Below the pieces are notes generated by a model. It was not told where the DNA came from, made no database searches, and saw only the letters and a list, made by a program, of their open reading frames with translations. Made by a program: the position numbers and the translations under genes. 64,000 bases of DNA from an uncultured Gemmatimonadaceae bacterium (GTDB taxonomy: Bacteria; Gemmatimonadota; Gemmatimonadetes; Gemmatimonadales; Gemmatimonadaceae). Below are positions 51,111 through 63,194 of the stretch, one piece after another. Within the stretch, counting starts at the first letter, position 1. Each line of letters begins with the position of its first letter. The stretch spans positions 64,001 to 128,000 of the forward strand of contig CAWAGQ010000005.1 in NCBI GenBank assembly GCA_963781585.1, read 5' to 3'.

Positions 51111-51139
51111 CAAACCCGCTGGCTCTTGTGGTTGTCCTA
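51111..51139 (+). promoter_or_regulatory. ECF-sigma-type promoter
   Basis: CAAAC-N17-TGTCCTA, about 50 nt before the DUF4097 gene. Confidence 0.45.
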
Positions 51140-51189
51140 TTATTCGAGTCACCTGCTTGATTCGAGTCGTCTACCCGGGAACAGCCACG

Positions 51190-52115
51190 ATGCGAGCACT
51201 CTCTCCTGTCCGCGCCGCCCTGGCGGGTCTCACCACTGCCGTGGCCATCACCGCGTTTGCGCCGGCCGTATCCGCGCAGAACGTGGTCGGGCGCAGTCAG
51301 GACGTCTGGACCTGGTCCGACCGTGTCGCGCCCGGCGATTGGCTTCGCTTCAATGCCAGCATGGGCGGTGTGGAAGTGACCGAGGGGTCGGGCGATCAGG
51401 TTCAGGTCCGCGCCGAGAAGGTGCTGCGACGCGGTCGCGCCTCGGACATCGGCTTCATCGTCGTGCACGACAACGACGGCACGACCATCTGCGCTGTGTA
51501 CGAGGATGACGACCAGTGCGAGGCGGACGGGGTGCACGGCGGTCGGGGGCACTCGTGGCGGGACCGCGCCAGCCTCCGTGTGAGCATCCAGCTGCCGCGC
51601 GGCGTGCGGATCCGCGCCGCCTCGGGGAATGGCGACGTGAGCGTGAGCGGCGCCAGCGACGAGGTAGTGGCGGTGAGCGGGAATGGGCGTGTGGATGTGC
51701 ACGGCTCGGGTGGCCGGGTGCGTGCCACGTCAGGCAACGGCGCCATGACGGTGGAGGGGCTCGCGGCCCGGTGGAGGCCAACTCAGGCAACGGCGACGTG
51801 TCGATCGCGACGTCGGTCGGTCCGGTGTCGGCGAACTCCGGCAACGGGGACATCACGGTTTCCATCGACGCGCTGCGCAGCACCGAGGCGATGACCTTTA
51901 CCACCGGTAACGGCCGGATCATGGTCACGCTGCCGACGGACTATTCGGCCGACCTCGACGCCTCCACGGGGAATGGCAGCATCGAGAGCGATTTCCCGAT
52001 CACGGTGTCGGGCCGGATCACCCGGTCGCACGTGCGCGGCACGATTGGCAAGGGCGGTCCGCGCCTGCGACTGGTGTCGGGCAACGGCCGGATCGAGCTG
52101 CGGAAGGGACGCTGA
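51190..52115 (+). CDS. DUF4097-family beta-strand repeat protein; frameshift near 51760
   Basis: Signal peptide, repeated SGNGxV units, GTIGKGGPRLRLVSGNGRIEL. Confidence 0.88.
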
Positions 52116-52156
52116 ATCGGCGCGCGGCTCCGCGCTGGCACCTGTTGATCGCGGCA

Positions 52157-53341
52157 TCAGGGAATCGCCGCGCCCGCGAGACTCCGTCGCAGCACCAGAA
52201 ACCCCGCCGCGGCCACGACCTTCAGGGTGACACCAAACAGGACGAGTGCAACGATCGAGTGATCGTAGAGGCGGCCCATGATCACGCTGCCAACGAACCA
52301 GAGCACGCCGTAGACGCCGTTGAAGCTGCCGAATGCCGTTCCGCGCTTGTTCATCGAGACCACGCGGGCTATCGCCGGCCTGAGGGTGGCGTCGGCGGCG
52401 CCGAGGCCGATCCCCCAGCAGGTCACGGCAACCGCCACCGCGCCGGGGCCGCCGAGGAATCCCAGCGGCAGCGCGAATACGGAGACGAGTATTCCGGCCG
52501 ACAGCACGGCGATGCCGTAGCGGTCGAACAGCCGCCCGAAGAGCAGCGCGGCCGCCCCGTTCACCGCCATCGCCCCCGCGTAGAACAACGGAATTGTCGG
52601 GGCGGAAACGAGCGCGGTCTTCTCGAGGTGATACGCGAGGAGCGCGAAATCGACGAAGCCGCACGCCATGAGGCCGGCCACCGCGCAGTAGATCCAGAAG
52701 ACGCGGGGGAGCGATTGCTCGTGGATCGGTAGTGGTGGCGGCGCGCCGCGCGACGGGTGCGTGATGCGCGCGAGGACGAGCGCCACGATCGAGGCCAGCG
52801 CCGGCACGGCAAGGATGAGGAAACCCGTCGCGAAGTGCTGCGAGCGGGCGACGACGGCCGCGACAACCAGCGGACCCAGCACGGCGCCCGTCTGATCGAG
52901 CGCGGTGTGCAGGCCGAAGCCCCAGCCATGCCCCACCTCCTGGGTGGCTTCGGACAGCAGGACGTCCCTGGCTGGCCCGCGCACGCTCTTGCCGAATCGC
53001 TCGGCGACCACGAGGAGGGCGGCTGCCTGCCAGCTGCCGGTGAACGCCAGTGCGGGAACGACGATCAGGTTGAGCGCGTAACCGCCGATGGTGATCGGCC
53101 AATAGGCGCGCGTGCGGTCGGCCAGTCGGCCGGTGAAGAATCGGAGGCCCGCCGCGACCATCTCGCCGAATCCGGCGACGAAGCCGACCTGCATGGCGGT
53201 CGCCCCGAATTCGCTGAGGAAGGGGCCGATGATGCTGCGGGCTCCTTCGTAGGTCATGTCGGCGAACAGGCTGACGATGCCGAGCCAGACGATGAAGCGG
53301 GTGGCGGCGCGGCGGGCGGCGGGGGAAGACCTGGCGGTCAC
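52157..53341 (-). CDS. MFS transporter
   Basis: GIVSLFADMTYEGARS, GRLADRT, ERFGKSVRGPARD, about 12 transmembrane helices. Confidence 0.92.
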   Translation of the reverse strand: MTARSSPAARRAATRFIVWLGIVSLFADMTYEGARSIIGPFLSEFGATAMQVGFVAGFGEMVAAGLRFFTGRLADRTRAYWPITIGGYALNLIVVPALAFTGSWQAAALLVVAERFGKSVRGPARDVLLSEATQEVGHGWGFGLHTALDQTGAVLGPLVVAAVVARSQHFATGFLILAVPALASIVALVLARITHPSRGAPPPLPIHEQSLPRVFWIYCAVAGLMACGFVDFALLAYHLEKTALVSAPTIPLFYAGAMAVNGAAALLFGRLFDRYGIAVLSAGILVSVFALPLGFLGGPGAVAVAVTCWGIGLGAADATLRPAIARVVSMNKRGTAFGSFNGVYGVLWFVGSVIMGRLYDHSIVALVLFGVTLKVVAAAGFLVLRRSLAGAAIP

Positions 53342-53423
53342 CGAATGTCTCTGCGACGGCGGCCCGGCGCTCTCGCCGAATCGTGTGTGTGTGTTACCAT
53401 TTCTCCGGGGCGACGAGCACACC

Positions 53424-53530
53424 GTGAGCGACCTGTCATCGACATTACGCGACGCACTCTCCGGCCGCTATACGATCGACCGGGAGAGTGGACGTCGGGG
53501 GAGGGCGAACGTCTCGCAGGCGATCATGGC
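53424..53530 (+). pseudogene. decayed N-terminus of a Ser/Thr protein kinase
   Basis: VSDLSSTLRDALSGRYTIDRESGRRGRANVSQA resembles ...ALxxRYxIERELGRGGMATVYLA, then the similarity stops. Confidence 0.55.
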
Positions 53531-53608
53531 GCGGCGGTTGCCCTCACCCGCGCCACCGGTGCGCGGGCGTCGCAGCGGTTCCGGCGTCCTGGTGAGCTGG
53601 TCGCAGGC

Positions 53609-54301
53609 ATGCGCACCACCGCGCTGATCATCGACGATGAAGCGCAGATCCGGCGCGTGGTGGCGAACGCGCTGCGGGATCTCGTGTCGCGCACCCTGGA
53701 AGCCTCCGCCGGGCGGCTGGCGATCGACCTGGCGGCGTCCGAACGTCCGGACCTCATCGTTCTGGATCTCGCGCTCCCCGACATGCCTGGGCGCGATGTC
53801 TGTCTGGAGATCCGCAAGTGGTCCACCGCACCCATCATCGTCCTGTCGGCACGCGATTCGGATCAGGAGAAGATTGCTCTGCTCGATGCCGGGGCCGATG
53901 ACTACGTGACCAAGCCGTTTTCCGCCGCCGAGCTGCGGGCCCGCGCGGGGGCGCAGCTCCGCCGTGCGCGGCTGGCCGCAGTCGCGGGCCCGGAGCAGGT
54001 GTTGCGCGTCGGCGCCCTCGAGATCGATCTGGCAAAGCCTGCCGTGCGGCGAGGGAGCGGCGCGGTGCATCTCACCCGGACGGAGTGGGATATCCTCCGG
54101 GCCCTGGTGCGTCACGCGGGCCGTACCCTGACGCACCAGCAGATCATTCGGGCAGTCTGGGGGAACGCGTTCGGGGACATGCAGCAGACGCTCCGCGTGC
54201 ATATCCGGGGGTTGCGACGGAAGCTCGAGATGGATCCCGTTCGGCCGTCACTCATCGTGACCGAGCCGGGCGTGGGGTATCGATTCGAGACCGGACCATG
54301 A
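53609..54301 (+). CDS. kdpE: response regulator KdpE
   Basis: IIDDEAQIRR, DLIVLDLALPD, LLDAGADDYVTKPF, IVTEPGVGYRF. Next to the kdp genes. Confidence 0.9.
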   Translation: MRTTALIIDDEAQIRRVVANALRDLVSRTLEASAGRLAIDLAASERPDLIVLDLALPDMPGRDVCLEIRKWSTAPIIVLSARDSDQEKIALLDAGADDYVTKPFSAAELRARAGAQLRRARLAAVAGPEQVLRVGALEIDLAKPAVRRGSGAVHLTRTEWDILRALVRHAGRTLTHQQIIRAVWGNAFGDMQQTLRVHIRGLRRKLEMDPVRPSLIVTEPGVGYRFETGP

Positions 54302-55886
54302 ACCGGACGTCCGAGCGCGGACCCGTGCCCGGCGGGTGGCACTGGGTGCTGTGGCTGGGTGGGCTGGGGGTTCTCACCGCCACGCTGGTGCCGGTGCGCT
54401 CCCGGCTCAACGAGGCGCACATCGCGCTCGCGTTCCTGCTCCTGGTGCAATTCGCGAGTGCCCGTGGCGGCCGGGCGCTCGGGTTCACGGTGGCAGTTGC
54501 GGCGTTCTTCTGCTTCGACTTCTTCCTCCTTCCGCCCTACTACACGCTCCATCTCGACAATCCGGTAGACTGGCTGGTGCTGGCGGCGTTCCTGGTGACC
54601 GCGCTGGTGTCGGCGCAGCTCCTGTATCGAGCGCAGGCCGAAGCGGAGAACGCACGGCAGCGCGCGCACGAAGTCGACCGCCTGGCGTCGTTAGGCGCCG
54701 AGACCCTCAGCGCCGGGCGCGCCGATGCGGCGCTGGCCTCGATCGCCGGTATCATTCGCGCTACCCTGCAATTCGACGCGTGCATCGTTTACACCGTCGA
54801 TGCCGCGGTCGGCCAGCCGGCGGTGGCCGCCCAGGCGGGCATCCCCGGCTCGCCCCCGCCCCACGAGACCGCCCGCGAGGCGCGGTCCCTGGCGACCTGG
54901 GTGGCGGAGCACGGACAGGCGGCGGCACAGCGACTGGACCGGACCTCCACCCTCGGGGTCGCCCCGCGGGACGGCCGGCCGGGATCGCGGACCTGGCGCA
55001 GGTTCGCCTGCTCCTTCGCCCATTACGGGTCCGCGACCGCGTGGTCGGCGTGCTGGCCGTTCTCCGCGAAGGTGGTCTGGCGCTCTCGCCCGAGCAATTG
55101 CGCGTGCTCGACGCGCTCGACTACTACGCCGCGCTGGCGGTGGAGCGGGTGCGCCTGGTGGCCGAGGCCGAGCGCGCCGAGGTCCTGAAGGAAGCCGATC
55201 GCGCCAAGGATGCCCTGCTGGCGTCCGTGTCGCACGACCTGCGCACTCCGCTCACGACCATCAAGGGACTGGCGCACGAACTGGCGGAGGGCGGTGACGA
55301 CCGGGCGGTGGTGATCGAGGAGGAAGCCGACCGACTGGGCCGCCTGGTGGGCGACCTCCTCGATCTCTCCGCGATCAGCAGCGGAACGGTGCGACTCGAT
55401 CTGCAGCCTAACGAAGCGGAGGATCTCCTCGGCGCGGCCGCGCAACGTGCGGCCGGTGTACTTGGCGATCACGAGCTGCGGATCTCGGTGGCCGGCGGGG
55501 AGCAGCTCCTGTTCGGTCGCTTCGACTTCGCCCAGACGCTGCGCGCGCTGGTGAACCTCATCGAGAACGCCGCGAAGTACTCGCCGCCCGGCATGCCGAT
55601 CGCCCTCACGGCGGGGCGTGAGGGCGCGTGGCTGCGCTTCGACGTCGCCGACCGCGGTCCGGGCGTTGATTCCGCCGAACGCGAGCGCGTGTTCGAGGCG
55701 TTCTATCGCCGATCCGTCGGGGACCCCGCGCCACCGGGGTCCGGGCTCGGCCTCTCGATCGCCCGCAGCCTCATCGCGGCACAGGGCGGATCCATCACCT
55801 ATGGCGACCGCGACGGCGGCGGCAGCGTGTTCTCCATTCGCCTCCCCGCGCTCGACATCACCGAGACTTCCGCGCTCCCGGGATAA
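54298..55886 (+). CDS. kdpD: KdpD-type sensor kinase, membrane/GAF/kinase part only; frameshift near 54985
   Basis: DUF4118 helices (FFCFDFFLLPPYYTL), ALLASVSHDLRTPL, NLIENAAKYS, GSGLGLSI. No N-terminal KdpD/Usp domains. Confidence 0.85.
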
Positions 55887-55894
55887 GCCACCGG

Positions 55895-55968
55895 AATCTT
55901 CACGAAATCTTCACGCGGTGGTCGTAGTCCCTCACAATGGATTCACCAGTCCCCCGATATCGTACTGT
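55895..55968 (+). promoter_or_regulatory. putative KdpE boxes and kdp promoter
   Basis: AATCTTCACG twice at an 11-bp period (55895, 55906), further TCAC at 55932 and 55943, and TACTGT at 55963. Confidence 0.65.
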
Positions 55969-56013
55969 CGCCGGTGGACGGTATCGTCTCTGACGATTCG
56001 ACGGAGCACAGCG

Positions 56014-56136
56014 ATGATCGACCTGATCTACATCCTCATAACGGTGGCGTTCTTCGGCCTCATGCTCGCCTACTTGCGCGGCTGCGAAGTGCTCGGCCGC
56101 GGCGGAGTGGACGTCGACGAGGTGCGGAAGTCATGA
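56014..56136 (+). CDS. small hydrophobic peptide upstream of kdpF
   Basis: MIDLIYILITVAFFGLMLAYLRGCEVL..., GGAG RBS, ATGA overlap with kdpF. Confidence 0.7.
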   Translation: MIDLIYILITVAFFGLMLAYLRGCEVLGRGGVDVDEVRKS

Positions 56137-56222
56137 GTATCGAAAACGTGGTGGGCATACTCCTCTCGATGGGCGTGCTCGTGTACCTGATCTACACGTT
56201 GCTCCGGCCAGAGAAGTTCTGA
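56133..56222 (+). CDS. kdpF: KdpF subunit
   Basis: MSIENVVGILLSMGVLVYLIYTLLRPEKF with the YLxYxLLRPEKF signature. Confidence 0.9.
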   Translation: MSIENVVGILLSMGVLVYLIYTLLRPEKF

Positions 56223-56223
56223 T

Positions 56224-57954
56224 ATGACCGCGAACGGCTGGCTGCAGATCCTCTTCTACTCCGTGGTGCTGTTGGCGCTCACCAAGCCGCTCGGGCTGTA
56301 CATGGTGCGCGTCTACGACGGCTCCATGGGCTGGCTGCGCGCCATCGAGCGGCCGATCTACCGCGTCTGCGGCGTCGATCCGGACGAGGATCAGCACTGG
56401 ACGCGCTACGGCGCCGCGTTGCTGCTCTTCAGTCTCGCGGGGATGCTGCTCACGTATCTCGTGCTGCGGCTGCAAGCGCATGCTGCCGCTCAATCCCGCC
56501 CACATGCCGGCGGTGACCGACCATCAGTCGTTCGAGACCGCGGCGTCGTTCACCACGAACACGAACTGGCAGTCGTACGGCGGCGAGACGACGATGTCGT
56601 ACTTCTCGCAGATGACGCAGCTCGCGTTCCACAACTTCGTCTCGGCCGCCGCGGGCATGGCCGCCGTGATCGCGCATGATCCGCGGCATCGCGCGGAACG
56701 GCACGGAAGCGAAGGGCCGCATCGGCAACTTCTGGGCGGACCTGGTGCGGGGCACGCTGTACATCCTGCTGCCGCTCTCGCTGGTCGTCGCGCTCGTGCA
56801 TCGTCCAGCAGGGCGTGATCCAGAACTTCAAGGCGTACCTCGAAGTGACGACGCTCGAAGGCGCGAAGCAGGTGCTCGCGATGGGTCCGGCGGCGAGCCA
56901 GATCGCCATCAAGCAGCTCGGCACGAACGGCGGCGGCTTCTTCAACGTCAATTCCGCGCATCCGTTCGAGAACCCCACGCCGTGGTCGAACTTCGTCGAG
57001 ATGTTCTCGATCCTCGTGATCTCGAGCGCGCTCACCTGGACCTTCGGCCGGATGGTGAGGAAGCAGGCGCACGGCTGGGCGGTCTGGGCGGCGATGTTCG
57101 TGCTTTTCTTCGGCGGCGTGACGATGGCGTACTGGGCCGAGGCGCGGGGCAATCCGATTCACGCCGCGCGCGGCGTGGACGTCGTGGCCAGCCCCGTGAA
57201 TCCGGGCGGCAACATGGAGGGGAAGGAGGTGCGCTTCGGGATCGCCAACTCCGCGCTCTGGGCCGTCGCCACCACGGATGCGTCCAACGGCTCGGTGAAC
57301 TCGATGCACGACTCGTACACGCCGCTAGGCGGCATGGTCCGATCATGAACATGCAGCTCGGCGAAGTGGTGTTCGGCGGCGTGGGGTCGGGGCTGTACGG
57401 AATGATCGTGATGGCGGTGCTTACGGTGTTCATCGCCGGCCTGATGGTGGGACGCACGCCGGAGTATCTCGGGAAGAAGATCCAGGCGCGCGAGATCCAG
57501 ATGGTGATGCTGTACGTGCTGATCTTCCCCGCCGCCATCCTCATTCCCGACGGCGATCTCGGTGCTGTTGCCCGCTGGGCTCAAGGGGCTCAACAACGCC
57601 GGGCCGCACGGGCTCTCGGAGATCCTGTACGCCTTCACGTCGACCGGCGGCGAACAATGGCAGCGCCTTCGCCGGGCTGACGGGATCCACGTACTACTAC
57701 AACACGCTGTTCGGGCTGAATACGCTCATCGGCCGCTTCGCGATGATGGTGCCGATGCTGGCGCTCGGCGGATTCCTCGCCGAGAAGAAGCTGGTCCCTG
57801 AATCGGCGGGGACGTTCCCGGTCACGACGCCGCTCTTCGTCGTGCTGCTCGTGTCGCGTCATGCTGATCGTCGGTGCGCTGACGTTCTTCCCCGTGCTCT
57901 CGCTCGGCCCGCATCGTCGAGCACCTGCTGATGGGCGCGGGGAGGGTGTTCTGA
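56224..57954 (+). CDS. kdpA: K+-transporting ATPase subunit A; multiple frameshifts
   Basis: [54 protein letters not shown] across frames. Confidence 0.9.
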
Positions 57955-57956
57955 CC

Positions 57957-60098
<2,142 letters not shown>

Positions 60099-60107
60099 CG
60101 ATGCACG

Positions 60108-60692
60108 ATGCTCCGCAAACAGGTCCGGCCGGCGATCGTCATGACGCTCGTGCTGTGCGTCATCACCGGCTTCATCTACCCGGCATCATGACGGGGATCG
60201 CGCAGCTGCTCTTTCCCCGTCAGGCCAACGGCTCGCTCGTCACGGTGAACGGGCGCGTGGTCGGCAGCGCGTTGATCGGGCAGCCGTTCACGCAGCCGTA
60301 CTACTTTCATCCCCGGCCGTCGGCGGCCGGGAACGGCTACGACGCGTCCGCCTCGTCCGGCACGAACAAGGGCCCCACCGACGCGAAGCTCGCCGACACG
60401 CTCATCGCTCCGCGCGTGGACAGCGCTGGTGGCGGCCGGGGAAGTGACGAAGGGGCATGTGCCGTCCGACATGGTCACCGCGTCGGCATCGGGACTCGAT
60501 CCGCACATCTCGCCGGCGAACGCGCTTCGCGCAGGTGGGGCGCGTGGCGCGAGCGCGGAGCGCCGATTCCGCCGCCGTGCTCGCGCTGGTCGGCGCCACG
60601 TCGAGGGACGGACGTTCGGATTCCTCGGCGAGCCGCGGGTGAACGTCCTCCTGCTCAACATCGCGCTCGACTCGGCGTTCGCGCGCCGGTAG
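60108..60692 (+). CDS. kdpC: K+-transporting ATPase subunit C; multiple frameshifts
   Basis: [44 protein letters not shown]. Confidence 0.9.
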
Positions 60693-60719
60693 GGGACAAG
60701 GAGCTCATTCAATATGCGC

Positions 60720-61855
60720 ATGTCATCTCAGACGCCAACGATGGCGCCTGCCTGTGGCCTGGCCCGGTGCGCCGTCTGGCTCGTCGCTCGCGGCGCCACT
60801 CGCCGCGCAATCCCCGGCCCCCGACTCCGCGAACAAGGTGCAGCTCAGCGGTTACGTCACAGCCTCGTACTTCTACGCCACCGAACCCGACGGGCGGCGG
60901 ATTACCGGGCGATTGTACGATCGCTTTCATGACGAGTTCGAGGTGAATGCCGCACGCCTCACGATTCAGAAGCCGGTCGCGATCGACAGGCGCGATGCCG
61001 GCTTCCAGGTGGACCTGCTCTACGGGCAGAACGCCTCGCAGATCCGCTCGGCGGGCCTCTCGCTCGGTGACGATGGCGACATTCCGCAGGCGTTCGTGAC
61101 CCTGAACGTGCCCACCGGGCAGGACCGGTACGTGCGGTTCGCGGCCGGAAAGCGCTGGACCATGATGGACGTGGAGTACGTCGACGATATCCTGAATCCC
61201 AACTACTCGCACGGCTACCCGTACATCTACGTGTCGAACTTCACCGACGTCGGCTTGAGCGTCGAAGCGAAGGTCTTCGGCGTCGTGGAGGCCGACGTGC
61301 GGTTGATCAATGGCTGGGACGTCGTGGAGGACAACAACAAGGCGAAGTCCGTCATGGCCCGACTCGGCATCACGCCATCGGACAAGGTGGCGCTGTCGTT
61401 CCTGGCCGGCGCGGGACCTGAACAGGCGGACAATACACACGACAATCGGTACGTGGGGCAGTTCGTCGGAACCTTCAAGCCGGCTCAGAAGACTACGTTC
61501 TACACGGAGTTCGACGCCGGAAGCGAGGAAGGACTTGGCCGCGGATGGTGGAAGCGCTTCATGGTGGAGCGCCGGCGTGTGGGGCGTCTTCGATCTCTGG
61601 CCCGCGGCGTCGCTCGCGCTGCGCGGCGACTATCTCGACGACACGGACGGGGTGCGCACCTCGGGCGTGTTCGGATTCCCCGATGCCGCCTCGCGACGGT
61701 TGCAGAGCCTGACAGCGACATTCAATGTGAAGTGGTGGGAGCATGCGCTGGTCCGGCCGGAGGTCCGCTTCGAGCATTCGAACCGGGACGACTTCGGCGG
61801 TGGAGTGAAGGCCAGCCAGCTGACGCTTGGTCTCGCGATGTCGTACATCTTCTGA
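60720..61855 (+). CDS. outer-membrane beta-barrel porin (BBP2-like); frameshifted
   Basis: VQLSGYV...GFQVDLLYG...INGWD...DNNKAK...VRPEVRFE with a C-terminal Phe. Start position uncertain. Confidence 0.75.
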
Positions 61856-61936
61856 CGGATGGGTGCCGCCTCGCCGGGGCACAGCGGCGCGCGCAGAAAG
61901 GTCATCGCCCAGGAACAGATGGTGTCAGCCCATATC

Positions 61937-63194
61937 ATGGCCGAATCCGCACCCGAAGATCGGGCAGTGCCGGGGCCACCGCCCCTGAAGGGGCCTCGCC
62001 AGGCGCGGCGGAGGTCGCGGGCGAATCGCAGATCGGAACCACCGGTTTCTTCGAGATCGTCCGCCGCCGCGAGCGCGGCAAACTCAAGGTGTACATCGGC
62101 TCGGCAGCGGGCACCGGGAAATCGTATCGCATGCTGCAGGAGGCGCACGAGCTTCGGCGTCGCGGCGTGGATGTCGTCGTGGGGTTCATCGAGTCTCACG
62201 GCCGCTCCGAGACCGAGGCGCAGATCGGCAGCATCGAGGTGGTGGCCCGAAAGCAGATCCCGTATCGCGGCGTCATGCTCGAGGAGATGGACCTCGATGC
62301 GGTCATTGCACGCCGCCCCGAGGTGGCGATCGTCGACGAACTGGCGCACTCGAACGTGCCCGGCACCAAGCATCGCAAGCGCTGGGAGGACGTGCTCGAT
62401 CTGCTCGACGAGGGCATCAACGTCATTTCCGCCGTCAACGTGCAGCATCTGGAGTCGCTCAACGACGTCATCTCCCGTACGCTGGGCGTCACCGTGCGCG
62501 AGACGGTGCCCGACTGGGTCATCATGCAGGCCGACCAGGTCGTCAACCTCGACATTTCCGCGCAGGATCTCCAGCAGCGGCTGCGCGAGGGCAAGATCTA
62601 CAAGCCGGAGAAGATCGCGACGGCGTTATCGAACTTCTTCACCCATGAGAATCTGACGACGCTCCGCGAGCTCGCGCTGCGAGAGGTGGCCAAGTTCGGT
62701 GGACCGGGTGCGCGAGGAGATCGTGCGCCGCGAGGAAGGAACCGCGACGCGCCGGACGGTCGATCGTATCCTGGTCGCGATGTCCAGCAATCCGACGTAC
62801 ACGGCCGAGCTGCTCCGCAAGGGGAGCCGGGTGGCGGGGCGGCTCAACTCGGACTGGTACTGCGTCTACGTCCAGACGCCGGAGGAGACGTGCGTCGCGC
62901 ATCGACTCGGCCGTCCAGCGGAAGCTGGTGGACAACATCCAGCTGGCGCAGACGCTGGGCGCGGAGGTGGTGAAACTGGAAGGGGACGACGTGGCCGCGG
63001 CGCTCCTCCGGTTCGCACGGGAGAAGGGTGTCACGCTCATCCTGGTGGGACAGAGCCGCCGCTCGTGGTGGCAGCGGTTCCGTCAGGGATCGGTGACCGA
63101 TCGCCTGATGAAGAACACGCAAGGACTCGACGTGCTGGTGGTGGCGTTCGATTCGTCCACCGCGGCGGGAAGCCGCGCGGAGAGCGTGCGGTGA
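61937..63194 (+). CDS. stand-alone KdpD N-terminal sensor plus Usp domain; frameshifted
   Basis: RGKLKVYIGSAAGTGKSYRMLQEA, VDELAHSN, NVQHLESLND, LRELALREVA, then Usp (RILVAMSSNP...LGAEVV). Confidence 0.88.

Noticed and set aside
7600..54990. Scattered single frameshifts (about 7770, 8808, 17660, 35348, 35664, 36338, 51760, 54985) as recoding sites
   Set aside because: No common motif and the proteins are otherwise intact, so they are treated as probable errors.
5644..55412. Each GCCTAAC/GTTAGGC copy as an attC site
   Set aside because: They are isolated, lie inside conserved reading frames and have no paired arms. They are reported as a dispersed motif instead.
5644..55412. CGTTAGGC as a Chi or KOPS site
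   Set aside because: The 9:8 strand split, interleaved along the window, does not fit a replichore-polarised signal.
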